The translations under genes were made by a program, and so were the position numbers. A DNA stretch of 64,000 nt, taken from the NCBI GenBank assembly GCA_046563655.1, contig CM102285.1:9610001-9674000 (forward strand). The letters are read 5' to 3'. Positions 1-13,800 of this stretch are shown in pieces. The notes beneath the pieces are model-generated. The model was not told the origin of the DNA. It worked only from the letters and a program-made list of their open reading frames with translations, and ran no database searches. This DNA comes from Yuukianura sp. NJ FZ-2021 (lineage: Eukaryota). Position 1 is the first letter of the stretch; each line of letters starts with the position of its first letter.

Positions 1-3000
1 AGTTTATTTTCACAAATTCAACTTTAATAATTTTCTACTTCATTACAGAACTCAAATTTTACCAATGTGAAAATTCAAAATTCCTTTCCTGAACTTTCCT
101 TTCCCAAATAAGTAAAAACTTATTGCAGGATACAAAGGGCCAACGTTAACATTAGTAAGGTTAAGTGGTGAAAGTTGTGTATAACTTCTGTATAAAAAAA
201 TATGTAGCATATTAACAACTTATTTTTATTTTCGGTTTTGGTTTTAGAAAGCAAATTTATTAGTGTATTTCATAGCTCGTGTGGTATCGTTTGTAATTTT
301 TATAACAATTTAGATTTTTTTTACAGTTTTTAAAAAATGTAGTTCACGAAACATTTTTTGAACGGGAGTTTTTACTACCGAAATACTTACGATATTTAGT
401 ATACTTGATTCCACATTCTTTGAAAATTTGTTCAGAAACATCATTGAATCCCATGCTCAACCTAGTTTTGTCAATACCGGTTGCGTTTTTGGCAGATTAG
501 ACACTGCGGATATTGGACGTTGATTCCCATAAGGTAACGTAGTACCCTAACCTTTTAAGCTAAATTAAACTTCTAGTTTCAAATAAACTCTAGTTAGGAA
601 TTTCGATTCCTGATTTAAATTGTAAAGTAAACTCAGGTTAATGTAAAGTTAAATATTTACTAAATCATAGTAAAACCATCAAGTTGTTTTGTCCAAGATT
701 CCGACAATGCCGACATGCACACAAAGGGGATTTTCTATTAGTTCGTGGGAAACCAAGTACTTGAAATGCCGTTACCGAGCTCACAGAAACAAGGTGATTG
801 ATTGAACAAAATTTGAAAAGTTCTAAAAAAATGAAATTCGAGTAGAAACAGAAACTATTTTTGTTGAAACCAAATCTTTGAGCAGATTGCTTCGGCAAAA
901 CCAGCCATCGACTCATTACCACCAGCGACCAGGCCACATGTTGAATTCAATGGAAAAAAGATTTTGGAAGAAGAATTACGACAAGTATGCATTCTACAAG
1001 AAAATTTGAGACTTGTGTCCAAAACGACATCAATTATGGGTCCAAGTTCAACCAAAACCATGTCAAGGTCAAAGGTCAAATGGGTTGGCTCTGAGGATCA
1101 AGATCACCCTATGCGTCCAGTAGCAGCATCTTCCAAGCGTTCAATTTCAAAAGCCATGAAGAAAAGTGACCATGTCGTTTTGGCTTGGTTTCTTCGTAAA
1201 TTTCAAAAGTATATCCCATGGTGGGCTCAAGTCAATTACTAAACTACTCTATGATTAACTCTGGTAATTCGTGTAATTCATTGCATAATTTACACAATTT
1301 ATGGTAAAATGTTAAGCTTGTTAATGTTACTGAAGTAATTGGAAAGGGAACCACCTTGGTATTGACATTTATGAACTTTTCCTTGACTACAGTTTCACTT
1401 TTAGTGCAACTTTCTGGGACAACTTGACCCTGTCAGAGTGTCATTGGCCAACAACCTAACTCGAATCAGTCAAAAATTATGAAAAGTGCGTGTGCCATTA
1501 TGCGAATGAATTTGATGTACGTCACGGCGTGTGTTGAGAAGACTTTGACCCATTTTTAACGTTTCCATCGATTTCCTATAGAGCTTTAGAAATGCACTAC
1601 TTTGAAAAACGTTGCGTTCGTTTCCTGGTGGGCTTTAGACGCACCGTGTCCATTCAAGTATCTTCGCCACGTGCCTGTTCCACATCCAGAGAATACTTTA
1701 GAACCATTTCTAGGCCAAGTCCTCATTTTGTTCCTAACTTTGTTCACGCAGTTCCTAAACAAAAGTGTCAAGAGTGCTTCCTACTTTATGTTCAGTCAGT
1801 TCCTCAAAGGTCACGCACAGGCACAATTGACTCCAACTAATGTGGCTTACTAGTTTATTAGCAACGTCTAATAAAATTATTGCTTAAACATTGTTTCCAT
1901 CCTTCCAAATATGTTCATTTTCTTGCGCATGGAGATTTTCTAAAAATGATATTCTGAAATATTTTCAATTACTTTTGTATTTCAATAGATTTTGGTAATT
2001 ATTGGTCAATTTTTGAAGAATTTGCAGGTTCTCATTAGCTGGAAGTTCCAGTTTACCGGTACTTTCGTCCAGAAATTTTGAAATTCTGCCGCCACGTGCC
2101 TGAAGGTGGAAAGTGTGTTTCGAGGTCACCGAATTTTGTCCAAAGTGCGTAACGCACTTTGTGTAAGGCCTCTCCTGATCCCTGCCACGTGGAACGCATC
2201 AACTTTGCCCCTCAACTTGAGATCTAGTCTTCTACTGACCCAATTTCTAGAACAGTTTTCAACTCCCACACCAATTGAGTCTACGACTAACCCACTTTCG
2301 CTTTTTCGCATCTTAACGCATTCTGACGCACTTTTGATAGGAAGGATGTGCGGATAGGGTATTAGACGAAAGTGGAGCAAATCCACAATTTTATCTCACT
2401 TTTGTCTCCAACTTGCCAAAAATTCCAAATTCCATTTTCAAAACAACAACAATTAAGCGATTTGAGAGCAGCTCGTCTCAAAAATCAATTTTATGCTCTG
2501 CACTGAACTTTGAGGACTTTTAGATGAACTGTTGAACTGTAAAATTCGGAAGTTCAACCACAACGTTTTAGGTACTTCTCAAAATTAGACGCTTTTCTAG
2601 ACAAAACTTTTTGAAAACAAGCGTGTTTGGTGGCGAATATAAATTTAAAAATAAAGTAACGGTCCGAAATCGCGAAAATCTGATGAACATAAAATGGATT
2701 TTATTCAAGAATAACCGGAAATAGATAAGGTCAAAGGGCAATCTTAAATAAGTTAAAATGTTTGCATGTTCGTCTAAACTAAAGGTTCACACCTCAAAGT
2801 TTTAATATGTTTATACTTAAATAAAACAACGACATGATCCCATACTAATTTAAATACCCAAGTTCAAACTAAACTTTACGCAACAACATTTAAAACTACA
2901 TGAACTTCTTATATAATAATGCTAAAATCTATTAATTTTAATTAACTAACAATTAATATTCTAGATGTAAGTAGGAGTGAACACATTCTTGCAGACTATG

Positions 3001-5559
3001 GATTCCTTTTCGACAGATTGATGTTAATAGGGGATATCATAGGCCTCTCACCAAATTACGTAAACCCTCGTCTATTTTTATAATTTTCTACATCTTACAT
3101 ATTTTTCATAATGTGGACAATTTTTGGTGTCGATCAGCACTCAACAAGAGTTGAAATTTTTTTAAGAACAGAAAATATTTTAAACTTAGTTAATTTTCTT
3201 AATTAAGCTAAAGTTAAATTACACAACTTAATTAATGTAAAGCCAGTAACATGTAAACCCTTTTCAAAATCTCTAACCAATTTGAACGAGGAATTTTCCC
3301 AAGACTATCAAAATTTATGTAGATTTAAAAAATTCTCTCCAAATTTGAAGAAAATATCCAAATACTAACAAAAATGATTTAAAATTTTAAAAAATTGAGT
3401 AGGATTCATGCTTCTTTGAACGTCAATGTTTTCTTTAATGAACACAACGAAACTTCAATAAGTAATTCAAGTTAGGAAACTCAACATTTTGTTAAATGTA
3501 ATAATTAAAAGAAAAAAGACAAAAAAATCAAAATTAAGGTAGAATTTTAAGTTAGATTTTCAAAAACTATGTAACACTCCAAAAAATCTCTAAATATTCC
3601 CTATTTTTTCACTTTAAAAATCTTTGAGTTCTTTACACATTTGAATTGGAGGTTTTTAAGCTCCAATTTTTATGAACACATGCGGTGATTTTTTAAGTTA
3701 GTGACAGAGCATCTAAACTTTACGTTTTCGTTCTTTTAGGATCAAGGTTTCCAAAATTTTGATTTTGTGCGTTGAATTTTTTTTTGTAAAAACAAAAATG
3801 TGGAATGAGATTCCCAGTATCAAAATTTAACTTTCGCTAATTCGGATTCACATTTTAAAAAACTCTTGACAAAAAAAGACAAAAAAGTAAGTCGTTTTTG
3901 AAACTTTTGAAAAACAAGTTCATTTCTTTTGATAACGCTTCACCTTTCTCCTCTTCTAACGCAACAAGTTTAACTCTCACTTTTCTTTTCATCGTAAAGC
4001 TTTCGTACCCATACTTTTCCTATAAAGTTAATTTTAACTTTAATTTACTTAACTAACTGAATAAGTCTTCGTTTAAAGCCAAACAATATCCAACACCATT
4101 TAAAAGACTTGAGTTAAGTTCAAAAACCTTCCCTGACTAACCTCTTCTCCTAAAACTCCTGAGAAATCAGCCTTACCGCAACCAAATTCAGTTTTCTAAA
4201 ATTTGGATTTTTAAATTTAGAATTTTAAAAAGCTTTCTATGCACAACGACTACGTTCACTTTTTCCTCATTTTGATCAAATCCCTCCCTGTACAAGATCT
4301 GTACAAGGGAAATGATCTGATTCCTTATAAGAACAGTTTTCTTTTTACAGCACCCTCCAAATCAGTTGACCAAACGGCTTTCGACGATTTTTACTCTAAA
4401 ACAAAATACTCAACTTAAAATTTTGCCTAATTTGCCTAATTCCCTCTTCTTTAAAAAGCAAAAATGTCTAACCTCCTCTCTACTTACTTTGTTTTAGTAT
4501 TTACAGTTTGCAAAATTTTAAAGCAACTTTTTCAAAGCGACAAAAAACACCTTTGGTTCAAATTTGAAGGGACTCGAATAAGAAATTTTTATGAGGAATA
4601 CACTGTACAAAATCATGCCTCGATGGAAATACACGTTACTTCTTTTCTAACTTAAATTCAACTTTGGTACAAGATTTTTCAGTTAAAGCTTCATTAGCAA
4701 TTGTTGTTTGGAAGAAATGTTTGTTTAAAACAACTTCCTCTTTGTTTAAAACTAGGAATTTTCTTTGGATTGATTTTTCGCAATTCTGGCTACTTTCAAG
4801 TTTGATTTCAACCAGTTCCTTACGCTAGGGTCTGTACACTCCTTAAAATTACTTCCAACAACCTAATTCTTTACACTTTTTAAAATTTTCAACTCCCACT
4901 TCAATTATTTACTACCATAAAATTTTCGAAAACAGTTTTCTTTCAAATTCTCTCAAATCAAAATGGACCGATCTGTTCGATTTTTTTCGGGATTTTACCA
5001 CCAAAAAACTTATTCAGTTTACCAAAAAATTATTATTCAAAACATATATTTTTTTAGCTCAAAAAAATAGTAGTCGCACAAACCAATACCCAAAGAATCC
5101 AACCAATTTCAAAAATTTTGTCGAATCTCCTCAAAAATTTTGCAATTCAGAAAAATTCCAGTTTTGTTCCGCTATTTTGAAGCATAAAATGGTAAAGTTA
5201 CCCGGAGAAGGAAAGAATAGAGGGTCACAGTAATTGACAGGAAAAATAGTTTAGCCTCTTCGAACTATTTTGAAAAAGATAGAATTCTAATTTTCTTTGC
5301 ATCTAAAATATAGTTTGTGTTTCAAATGAAAATAGCATCATTTTCTTTGTCTCTAAATTTTCGTGTCATCCATAAGTTAGAGAGGTACGTACGAGAAGGT
5401 GAAGGCCTTGCAGTTGCAATTTTCAATTTTTTTAGAAAAGTATTTTCGTTTAAATATTTGACTAAAAACTATTTTAAACGTTAAAGATTTCAAGACGTGG
5501 TATTTCAGTAAGTTTCAGGAGGCATACTAAAAAGGAGGTTATGTAAGGAATTGAGGTGT

Positions 5560-8284
5560 TTAGGTACATCTCTCAGCATACTGGATCACTGAAGACTGGC
5601 GAAGGCGCTGTGACAAAATGGACTCAGTTTGTGGCTCTGAAGACAAAGATGGCGGGGAACCCGGAATTGGCGCATGCTCCTGAGCATATTTCTCGAGGAT
5701 TAGACTTGACCTCTTCCTTGGCCCATAGTTACTGCCATTCGACAAGGTTCGTTTTCCTAATCCAATGATCTCCAGCCCATCTTTGGTTGTTAACAGAGGG
5801 TGGCAGTTCTCTTCCGGAAAGTCACCGAGGTCACCCGAGTGCTCGCTTAGCCCTGGAGTTGACCTTGGTGTTGTCGAAGGAGTTGGACTCAATCCTTGGT
5901 TTCTCGGTGACACTGACCCTGACCTGCGAGAGTAGTCCAGACAAAGGTCAGGACTTGTTGGATTACTGAGCGGTGGAGTCTGAGCAATCGGTTTGCGTCG
6001 AATCGGAGTCATCGTGAGGGAAAACGGAAGTTGGTTCACGACTGCTTTGGATCCCCGTGTTAGCGCCAGAGCCAAAACTCCGCCAGATCCGAAACTGTAT
6101 CCATTCCCGCCTGGCAACTCGGGACTTGACCTGTCCTTGACCTTTGTTGGGTAAGAGGAAGGATAAGAGTAAGGATAAGGTAACTCTGCCTCTCTGCTTC
6201 GCTGTGTTCGACTGCCCTGTGACCCATAATTGGTTAGATTTTCAGGAATTGGTGTTATGGACACACTACCCTCTCGAACCAAAGCACCACTCATTGTATT
6301 CCGATTTACCGTCGAGTCTTGATACTTTCCTCGTCCAAATCCAACATTACCCGAAGTTACTGGCATGATCTGTACTCCTCCCTTGGGCCTACCCATAGAA
6401 AGCTCTGAGCTTCCAGAACTACTGGAGCTACTATCACTACCAATACCATATCCAAACATTTCAATCGACGCCAGCACCTTATCTCGAATGCTAGCACTTT
6501 GTCGCAGGAACTTGTCCCTGGCGACATCAGTCTGTCGCGGAGAAGGTGCTTTAGCATGATTGTGTCTCCCTTCTGAGCTGTGACTAAAATTGTTACCTCC
6601 CGAACCAATTGCAGTAGATCCGTTGTTGTTTCCTACCGTCGGTAGTTTTGAGGTGACGTAGAGAAAAGTCGTTTTGGACTGCGGTGGCTGATGGATCTGT
6701 ACGCCTGGAGGTAGCATTGGGTATGGGAGGGAGCTTAACGTTGTTGGGCTCCCTTGTAGGAAACTGGCGTTGGGTGAGTAATGATTCCCGTTGGATTTGG
6801 CGGTAGAGCGCCCTGTCGTATAGGTCTTCGGTGACGACGGGGAGCGGGGCGGGGACTCGAGTGTCTTCGGTGAATTTTGGGAGGAGACTTCCGAGTCACT
6901 GGATTCGCGATTCTCCTTGTCGGAATGCTGCGGAGCACCATGAGAATTGGTTGGGGATGCTGAAATGCGTGGGTCTGAGCCGATACGCGATGGGGAGCTG
7001 TCCAGAAGCGTCGGTGGAGGAGTGATGCTTGGTGACAGTGGTTCAGACGAGGAATGAGTCTTGATGTGACTCTCAAGGGCTTTCTTGGAATTGAACGTCG
7101 AATTGCAGATTGTACATTTGTAGACTTTTTCCCCATAGTGAGCCACCTTTAAAAGCAAAACAAATCCAGTTAAACTTATGATTTCAAAAATCATTCTTAA
7201 AAAAATGGTTTCTAAAAATCAGTGTTCCCTCTAAAAAAAAATCCGATTTAAAATTTACCTGGTGCAGTTTTAGGACATGATTGTATCCAAAAGATTTGCC
7301 GCAAATGTCACAGGAGTATGGTTTTTCGCCAGTATGTGTTCGACTGTGTACTTTCAGTTGTTTCGAACAAGTAAATCCCTTTGAGCATATTTTGCAGACG
7401 TAGGGCTTTTCGCCAGTATGTGTTCTCAGATGAATGACAAGTTGGCCGCTCTGAATAAACGTTTTCTGGCAAATCTGACAACGGTGTGGCCTTTCTCCAG
7501 TGTGGATACGCATGTGCCGATGGAGTTTGCCCGAGTGCTCAAATGCCCGTTGACAAACGTCGCATTTGTAAGGACGTTCTTTGGTGTGAATGCGGCGGTG
7601 GACTGACAGGTTCTCTTTGACTGAAAACGACTTGCTGCAAAATTCGCAGGCAAACGGCTTCTCCCCTGTATGAGTTCGGTAGTGACGGGTAAGCCTCGCG
7701 GGAACTGAAAAGTTAAGCAAAATATTTCAAAAATTTTGAATTCTAAAATATGTTTTTTGTAGGGTCGAAGGTCACCATGTAGTGGGGAGGGAGGAATTCA
7801 CGTCCGTTGATTTTTAAAATGCAGTATGCCTTGAACTAAAAAGTCCGTGTGCAATGTAGTGTTGCGATGCGTTAGGCGCAAAATTTCAAAATTTGTCAAT
7901 TAATTTACCTGCAAACGTTTTCTCACAAATGTCGCACTGGTAATTCTCGGCTCCCTCCCGGTGAGAGCGTAAGTGGTTTTGAAAAGTATTCTTCTGCTGG
8001 AAAATTTTCCCACAAGCTCCACATTGGTATCCACCCGAAGACAGCATGGAATCGGAGCCATCGAGGTCCACCATCATGCCACTGCCTTTGTCATCATCAT
8101 GTACTGGTGATGGCGGAGAAGGTACGTTGGTAGGTCCACTTCCGTTGTAAGTGTATAAGCTCACTTCTGGCGTACAAATAACCTTTTGACCTCCGCTCAA
8201 GCAATCCATTGTCCCCGAAGTCTTGAAAAGTCCCGGGAACCCTCCAGGGCTCATGTTCATAAAGTCCATCATTGTATTGGACAT
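5560..8284 (-). CDS. Kr-h1: Kruppel homolog 1, JH-inducible C2H2 zinc-finger transcription factor; coding exons 8284-7909, 7704-7259, 7146-5560
   Basis: Spliced product has 8 C2H2 fingers, including the diagnostic [23 protein letters not shown]...FSVKENLSVHRRIHTKERPY...HVLKLHQVAHYGEKVYKC. It also has a PRKR motif and a C-terminal SSVIQYA motif. GT-AG junctions keep the frame. Confidence 0.95.
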
Positions 8285-10892
8285 TTCTGTTCCAAGCCCC
8301 GCTCGTTTTCGGAATTCTATTTACAATGGTAAACCTGCCAAAATTTAAAAATTAGAAACATTAATTTCCACTTTAAAAATACATAAGTTGTAATTTTATC
8401 GTCAAAAATCACTTGGCATTGCCAGTAAAATTTCACTAATAAATTAAAATGTGAAAGGAAAGAGAAAGTTGTTTCCTTCAACTCTACGCACAAACTTTGC
8501 TGCAAATCTGAAACAACTTCCATGTCTCAAGTGGCATAGACAACTTTAAATGTTCAATGAAAAGGAAATGTCATGGGGTACAAATTTACAATCTCTCGCA
8601 AGTGGTAACTCGTACAGTGTTTAGAGACAAGCCGGTAACTTCTTTTTTACATTCATCTTACCTAATGTAACACAACGCATACATAGTTTTGACTTTTTAG
8701 CAACATTTGCTAATTTTTTGCACAGTGACGCTTAGATTTCAAAGTCTCATAAGAGTGGTTAGGTTACGGGGACGCTTTTCAGCCGAAGCCACTTCCTAAC
8801 GTAACTCCTCCTCCCAAACATTGCCAATTTGAGGCCTAGCCCAACACACGATTCAGTTGACCATGGTATGGGTATCACAAGGATAAGTGTGCAAAAAATC
8901 CACCCTGGTCCAACTCATATTCGCAAAATTACAAACTCCACTACCACATATAGTATAGTACTAAAAGAGGAGCAAAAAAGACCTTATGCTTGCGAATTTC
9001 AATGCTATGAGTAGCGTTTTTTGCGAGGGAGAGGACCATGAAGACCTTCCCCACCTTTATTCGCATTTGCCAAATCCTAGCATGGACTACCACAACAAAC
9101 CTTGTGCAAAAAACATACCGTGCTTAGAACATTAGTACCTTTACCATAACACTTGGCGTATTTTTTGCCAAGACTTGACACTAAGACATTAAAGTCCTCT
9201 TCCACTTGCCTGTCGAGGCTTATTTTATACAGTGCAGTCGTTAAGTAAGGTCATGATTTTTTTTTGTACTGTTTCCACTTTTTGCACAAGGAAAATCATC
9301 GTGCAAAACTGCACGCACACCTTCTTTTTCCTGCACTCCGCGTTCCATCTGCCATCAAAGTTACCTTCTTAAAAATTACTCAACTGCAGGGAACAAAGGG
9401 GTTGCAAATTCATAAAAATCCGCCCTTCAGTCTCAGTTTTAGTACTAAAAAATTAGCAAAACTGCAAAAACTCTACACTTAAGGTCCATGCCATGAGTCA
9501 GAACTAGGGTTATGTTCAGGGTCATTTTGACCTTATTGCAAAAAGAGACGAGCATTCCTGACCTTCGACTATCCATTCATGTTACCAAAAAAGACAAAGG
9601 AAATTGTTAAATTTCAATTGTTATTTGTAGTTTTCAGACATTGTATACATTTACATTACGTTGTGACCTAACCGCCATTAAACCTATCCCGCCTGATTGT
9701 GTATTGTATGTGGTAACTTTTGAAGTCATTTGAATTCAGGAGAGGTCATAGGGGCCGTATTCACTAAAATTGAGTTCAGTCGGCCTCAATTTCCTAAGTA
9801 AAAAGTTGTAACCATAGGAAGATCCTATGACCACGACCAGTGGGTAAGGTGGTTAGGTTAACCTATCTTAGCCTTGAAGCAAGTACTCAACAATGCTTCA
9901 TGGTAGAGACAATGGTAACTACGAAAAATAGGTCAGGGAACAAAGGGCTAGGTTTTCGTTGATGGGAAATGTTGTGTCGAAGACTTACAACAAGACAGCA
10001 CCAGACGCGTTTTGAATACGCATACTGGTGCCCTTAAGTCCTGCCCTTATATTGTTATGGACTGGGAAAGAGTTGAGGAATTTTTAGGACTTGGCTATGT
10101 AACATCTTCAACATGAATTTTGAATCCCACAGCCTCACAACAACGCATCTCCTGTGCGGACCAAAAGCTTGGATAAGATTACAAACTTAATAAACTGCGC
10201 CTGCACTTAATTTTAAGTCAAAATAATATTTTTCTCCAATATTATCAAAATTAATTTAATGCGCAGACTCCTAGTTTTAAAAATGTTATGATTTTCAAGT
10301 TGCATAGGAAAACTGTTACTACCTACTTATTCATCTTATTAAATCTCCTCATTCATAAACTTTAGCAGAGGTCATCCTCAACTTTTCAGTCAAATAGAGT
10401 GACGCAAGTCTATAAACGCTAGGAAAATCCGGCTTGCATCAATTTCTGCAATAACATGACGCTCACGCGCTATTTAAAAAACGCATGCATAACCACATTC
10501 AAGTCCAAAGTTTCTAAACAGTTTTTCAAAATGTGTCACTTTCGAAAAATATGAATAATTCGAAAATCTGGAGTAAAAAAATCTAACGAATCAGCGCCGG
10601 ACGATCGCACCCACTCTCGGATTTTCCGGAGAAAGCACCTTAAGCGTCACATAAGGCGTCTCCTAGCATCATGATCTGTTTAACCTGTAAACAGATCCTG
10701 ATGCTTCTTAGGTATTAAAAGACTTAAATACAATTTGTTTACATCTAACTTATTAACTTATGTTATTGACCATAACTTTTGGTCCATAACATACGTAAGA
10801 CTCCTTGACGCTTGCAATGTCGTCCCTGACCTTTGCCACTTCTTACTTTGCTAACCGGAATTAACCCGCTTTCACTTGCACCAATCTCTCTG

Positions 10893-13800
10893 AGGTCATA
10901 ATTCTCCACGTGTAAATTAATGCTAGATTTTAGATGACATTTGAGTGCTACGTCGTTGTTGTTTGTCCTGTTAGTACTAAAAGTATGAAGTGGAAGAGTC
11001 CACTTCACCTAAGAGAGTGCATTGGAGAGTGCACTGATGTTTTTGTGTATTCCCGACCTCACATACCCTTACCAAGTTTAAGCTACACGTGCCGAGTGGA
11101 GCCCCGACAGCAGTATGCGCCCACTTCCCCGCAGCCCTACCGCTCCCCTACTAACACTCACAGTATCAACAAATACAAAACACCAACAATGACCTCTCTT
11201 AACCTAACCTAACGTAAGGTAATAACCACTGTACTAGGCCTACCTTGTGACCTGCCCCAGGCCAGGTCAAAGGTTACGTTATAAGCGTTGAAATCATGAA
11301 AAATTTAAGAATTTTGGGAGATCAACATTGGCAAAATCGAATTATTTCTTTTCCGCAGTTTCTTTAAAATGACAAGGACAACCGCAGTGTATACCGCCGA
11401 TACCGTTTCGGAAACGGTATAACATCAACGAAAATCGTACGAATAGTGAATTTTTTGTATTAAAAAACGCCGAAGGTGAGGGACTTAAGGCCTACGTAGG
11501 GGACAAGTGTATTTACGGCGTTTGCCGGTGGAGGTGCATACGAAAAATTTCTTTGGCTAAATAAGTTGGCACTTCAAAAATATTATTGACAGAATTCTAA
11601 AGTTCGTGAAACTGCTTAAATTTTGGTTCTTGAACCGACATCCGAGACGGTAGTGTTCACAGGGTAATGTGACCTGACCTAGATCCTTATTTTACTAAAT
11701 TTTGAAAAATGCTGTTTTTTAAACTGGAAAAAATGGAATTGAAAAATTGGGCTTACCTGGTTGAGTTAAGCAGAAACAATAGTTGTAATGGAGTTTGTGT
11801 TGATTAATTGATTAATTGTTGGTGTAGGGGTCCTAGTAGGATGGGATGGTTCCTTGCGTCCATTCACTTCCACTTCTCCATTCCTACTGGTGGTGAGAGC
11901 CACTTAGACTAAGCTCATGAACTGAAGACGACTCCACAAGCAGTGGAATGGAGCTGTGGGTGGGGGGCTTAGGAGCTGAATTCAAGGGATATCCAAGTTC
12001 CTGGAGGGGGTACACCACCAATACCCACAACAAAATACACTGGACAGGTCAAAGGCACAACCCCACGCTCTTCCACCAAACCCCAACATTTAATTCTTAA
12101 ACACGTCAAACGGAAATTGCAACTAAAAAGTGACTCAACTTGCTTTCACAAATGGAACAGATAAAATACGAACACACCCAAATTTTAAAATTCAAAGCAA
12201 AAGGCTTTTTATTGTAAAACAATAATCTAGAAATACTAAAATTGTATATAAATTTATAAATACTATATAAAATGCAATAGAAAGAAATCCAAAATACAGA
12301 AACTACCACAATTACAAACAACTGTGTATAACAGCCCTACAAATCTGAAAAAATTGAAAGTGATAAATCTAAATCTCCAATTGAATATGACTTTTTCAGA
12401 AATATGGCAAGATGCTGCTTCCACTGCTTTTTATTAAATTTATTTCAATTGAAAATACGAATTACTCGAAAAACTGATTTATTTTCAAAACTTAAAACTA
12501 TATGATAACGTTAGTTATGTGAGTTTTTAAATAAGTTATATGCACGTCAGGACTATCTTCATCTCATCACAAAAAAAAATAGGATTTAACACCTTTCCTA
12601 AATACGGCAAATTTTGCTCCGAAGTGAATTATGCTGAAAAGTTTGTCGGTCTCTATTCCGCTAATTTCAAAAATTGCCAATATGCAGATTCAGAATTCGA
12701 AATTACACAATATTTTTTGGTAAATGTTAGTGTAAAAATAAATTTGGGCGTATGTAATCCTAGTATGTTGTGCAAAACTTTCCACGAAGTGTGTGGGAGT
12801 GAATGACTTGGAGAGGTCACCAAAGAGGAGTAATCTGGAGCAGATACGCATAGAGAGAAAGTTGCGTATACTATTTTTTCTAAGTTAGCTTTAACTTAGT
12901 TAGTAATACTATTTTTTTTAGTTAGGTTTAGGCTATATTTTTTTTAGGTTAGCTGCGTATAGTGCGTACAGTGCGTGAATTCGGCCCCTCTGTGCTAAGC
13001 CCTCCTTCTCCTACTCTCTCCGCCTTATACACGTTCCTGGACTACTCCACGTGGAGACTCGTGACCTTCGACCTCAAATTCATTCCTAAGCCATTCCTAC
13101 ACTAACACTCTCTATTGCCAACGCACTGTGTCTTACAGCCTATGCTATTGAGCATCAACAGTCTACACAAACACTTTCCAAGTCATTCACCAACACAAAC
13201 TGAAGCAACCCATCCAAAAACCACACATTGCAACTTCTGTTGCTTTCATAGCGGAACAAAAATTGACATTTTTTACACAGGTTTATTGCTGTTTTTTAAA
13301 AAAATAGTCTAAAAAAAAATTCTACAGGTGAGGCTCGAGTATTGAAGCATTTCCAAAAATTTCTCTGCTGTATGAAATTTTACTGGATATGCGTCAATGT
13401 ATTTTACAGAATTTTGATGTTTGAATTTGGAATGCTCCAGGCATGGAATGATCTCTGAGACGCTGGACCACGCTGCATTGCCATAGGTGATGAAGCTGGT
13501 CATCTCATCTGCATTCAACAGAAAGTTGTCTAGTCTAATCCTAATCCTGCCTTAACTTCTTCTGAAATCGGTCTTTTCGTAGATTTGTGGCTCCAGGATC
13601 CAGGGAACCTCAGAGGAACAATAGACTCGGTTCATTAAAATTTTCTCATGCCATACCTAGTAACAAGTTCCCAAGGATTTTTATACTAAAAAGACTATAA
13701 TACAGAATTATAGTATGTAGTAAAAGTATTTTTAAAGTAAAATCTTTACAAATGCATACAACTGAAATTTTTAAAAATTCAACTTTAGCAAATTGAACTT

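Noticed and set aside
665..4655. Short ORFs left of Kr-h1
   Set aside because: No domain similarity or coherent splice structure; consistent with random ORFs in non-coding DNA.
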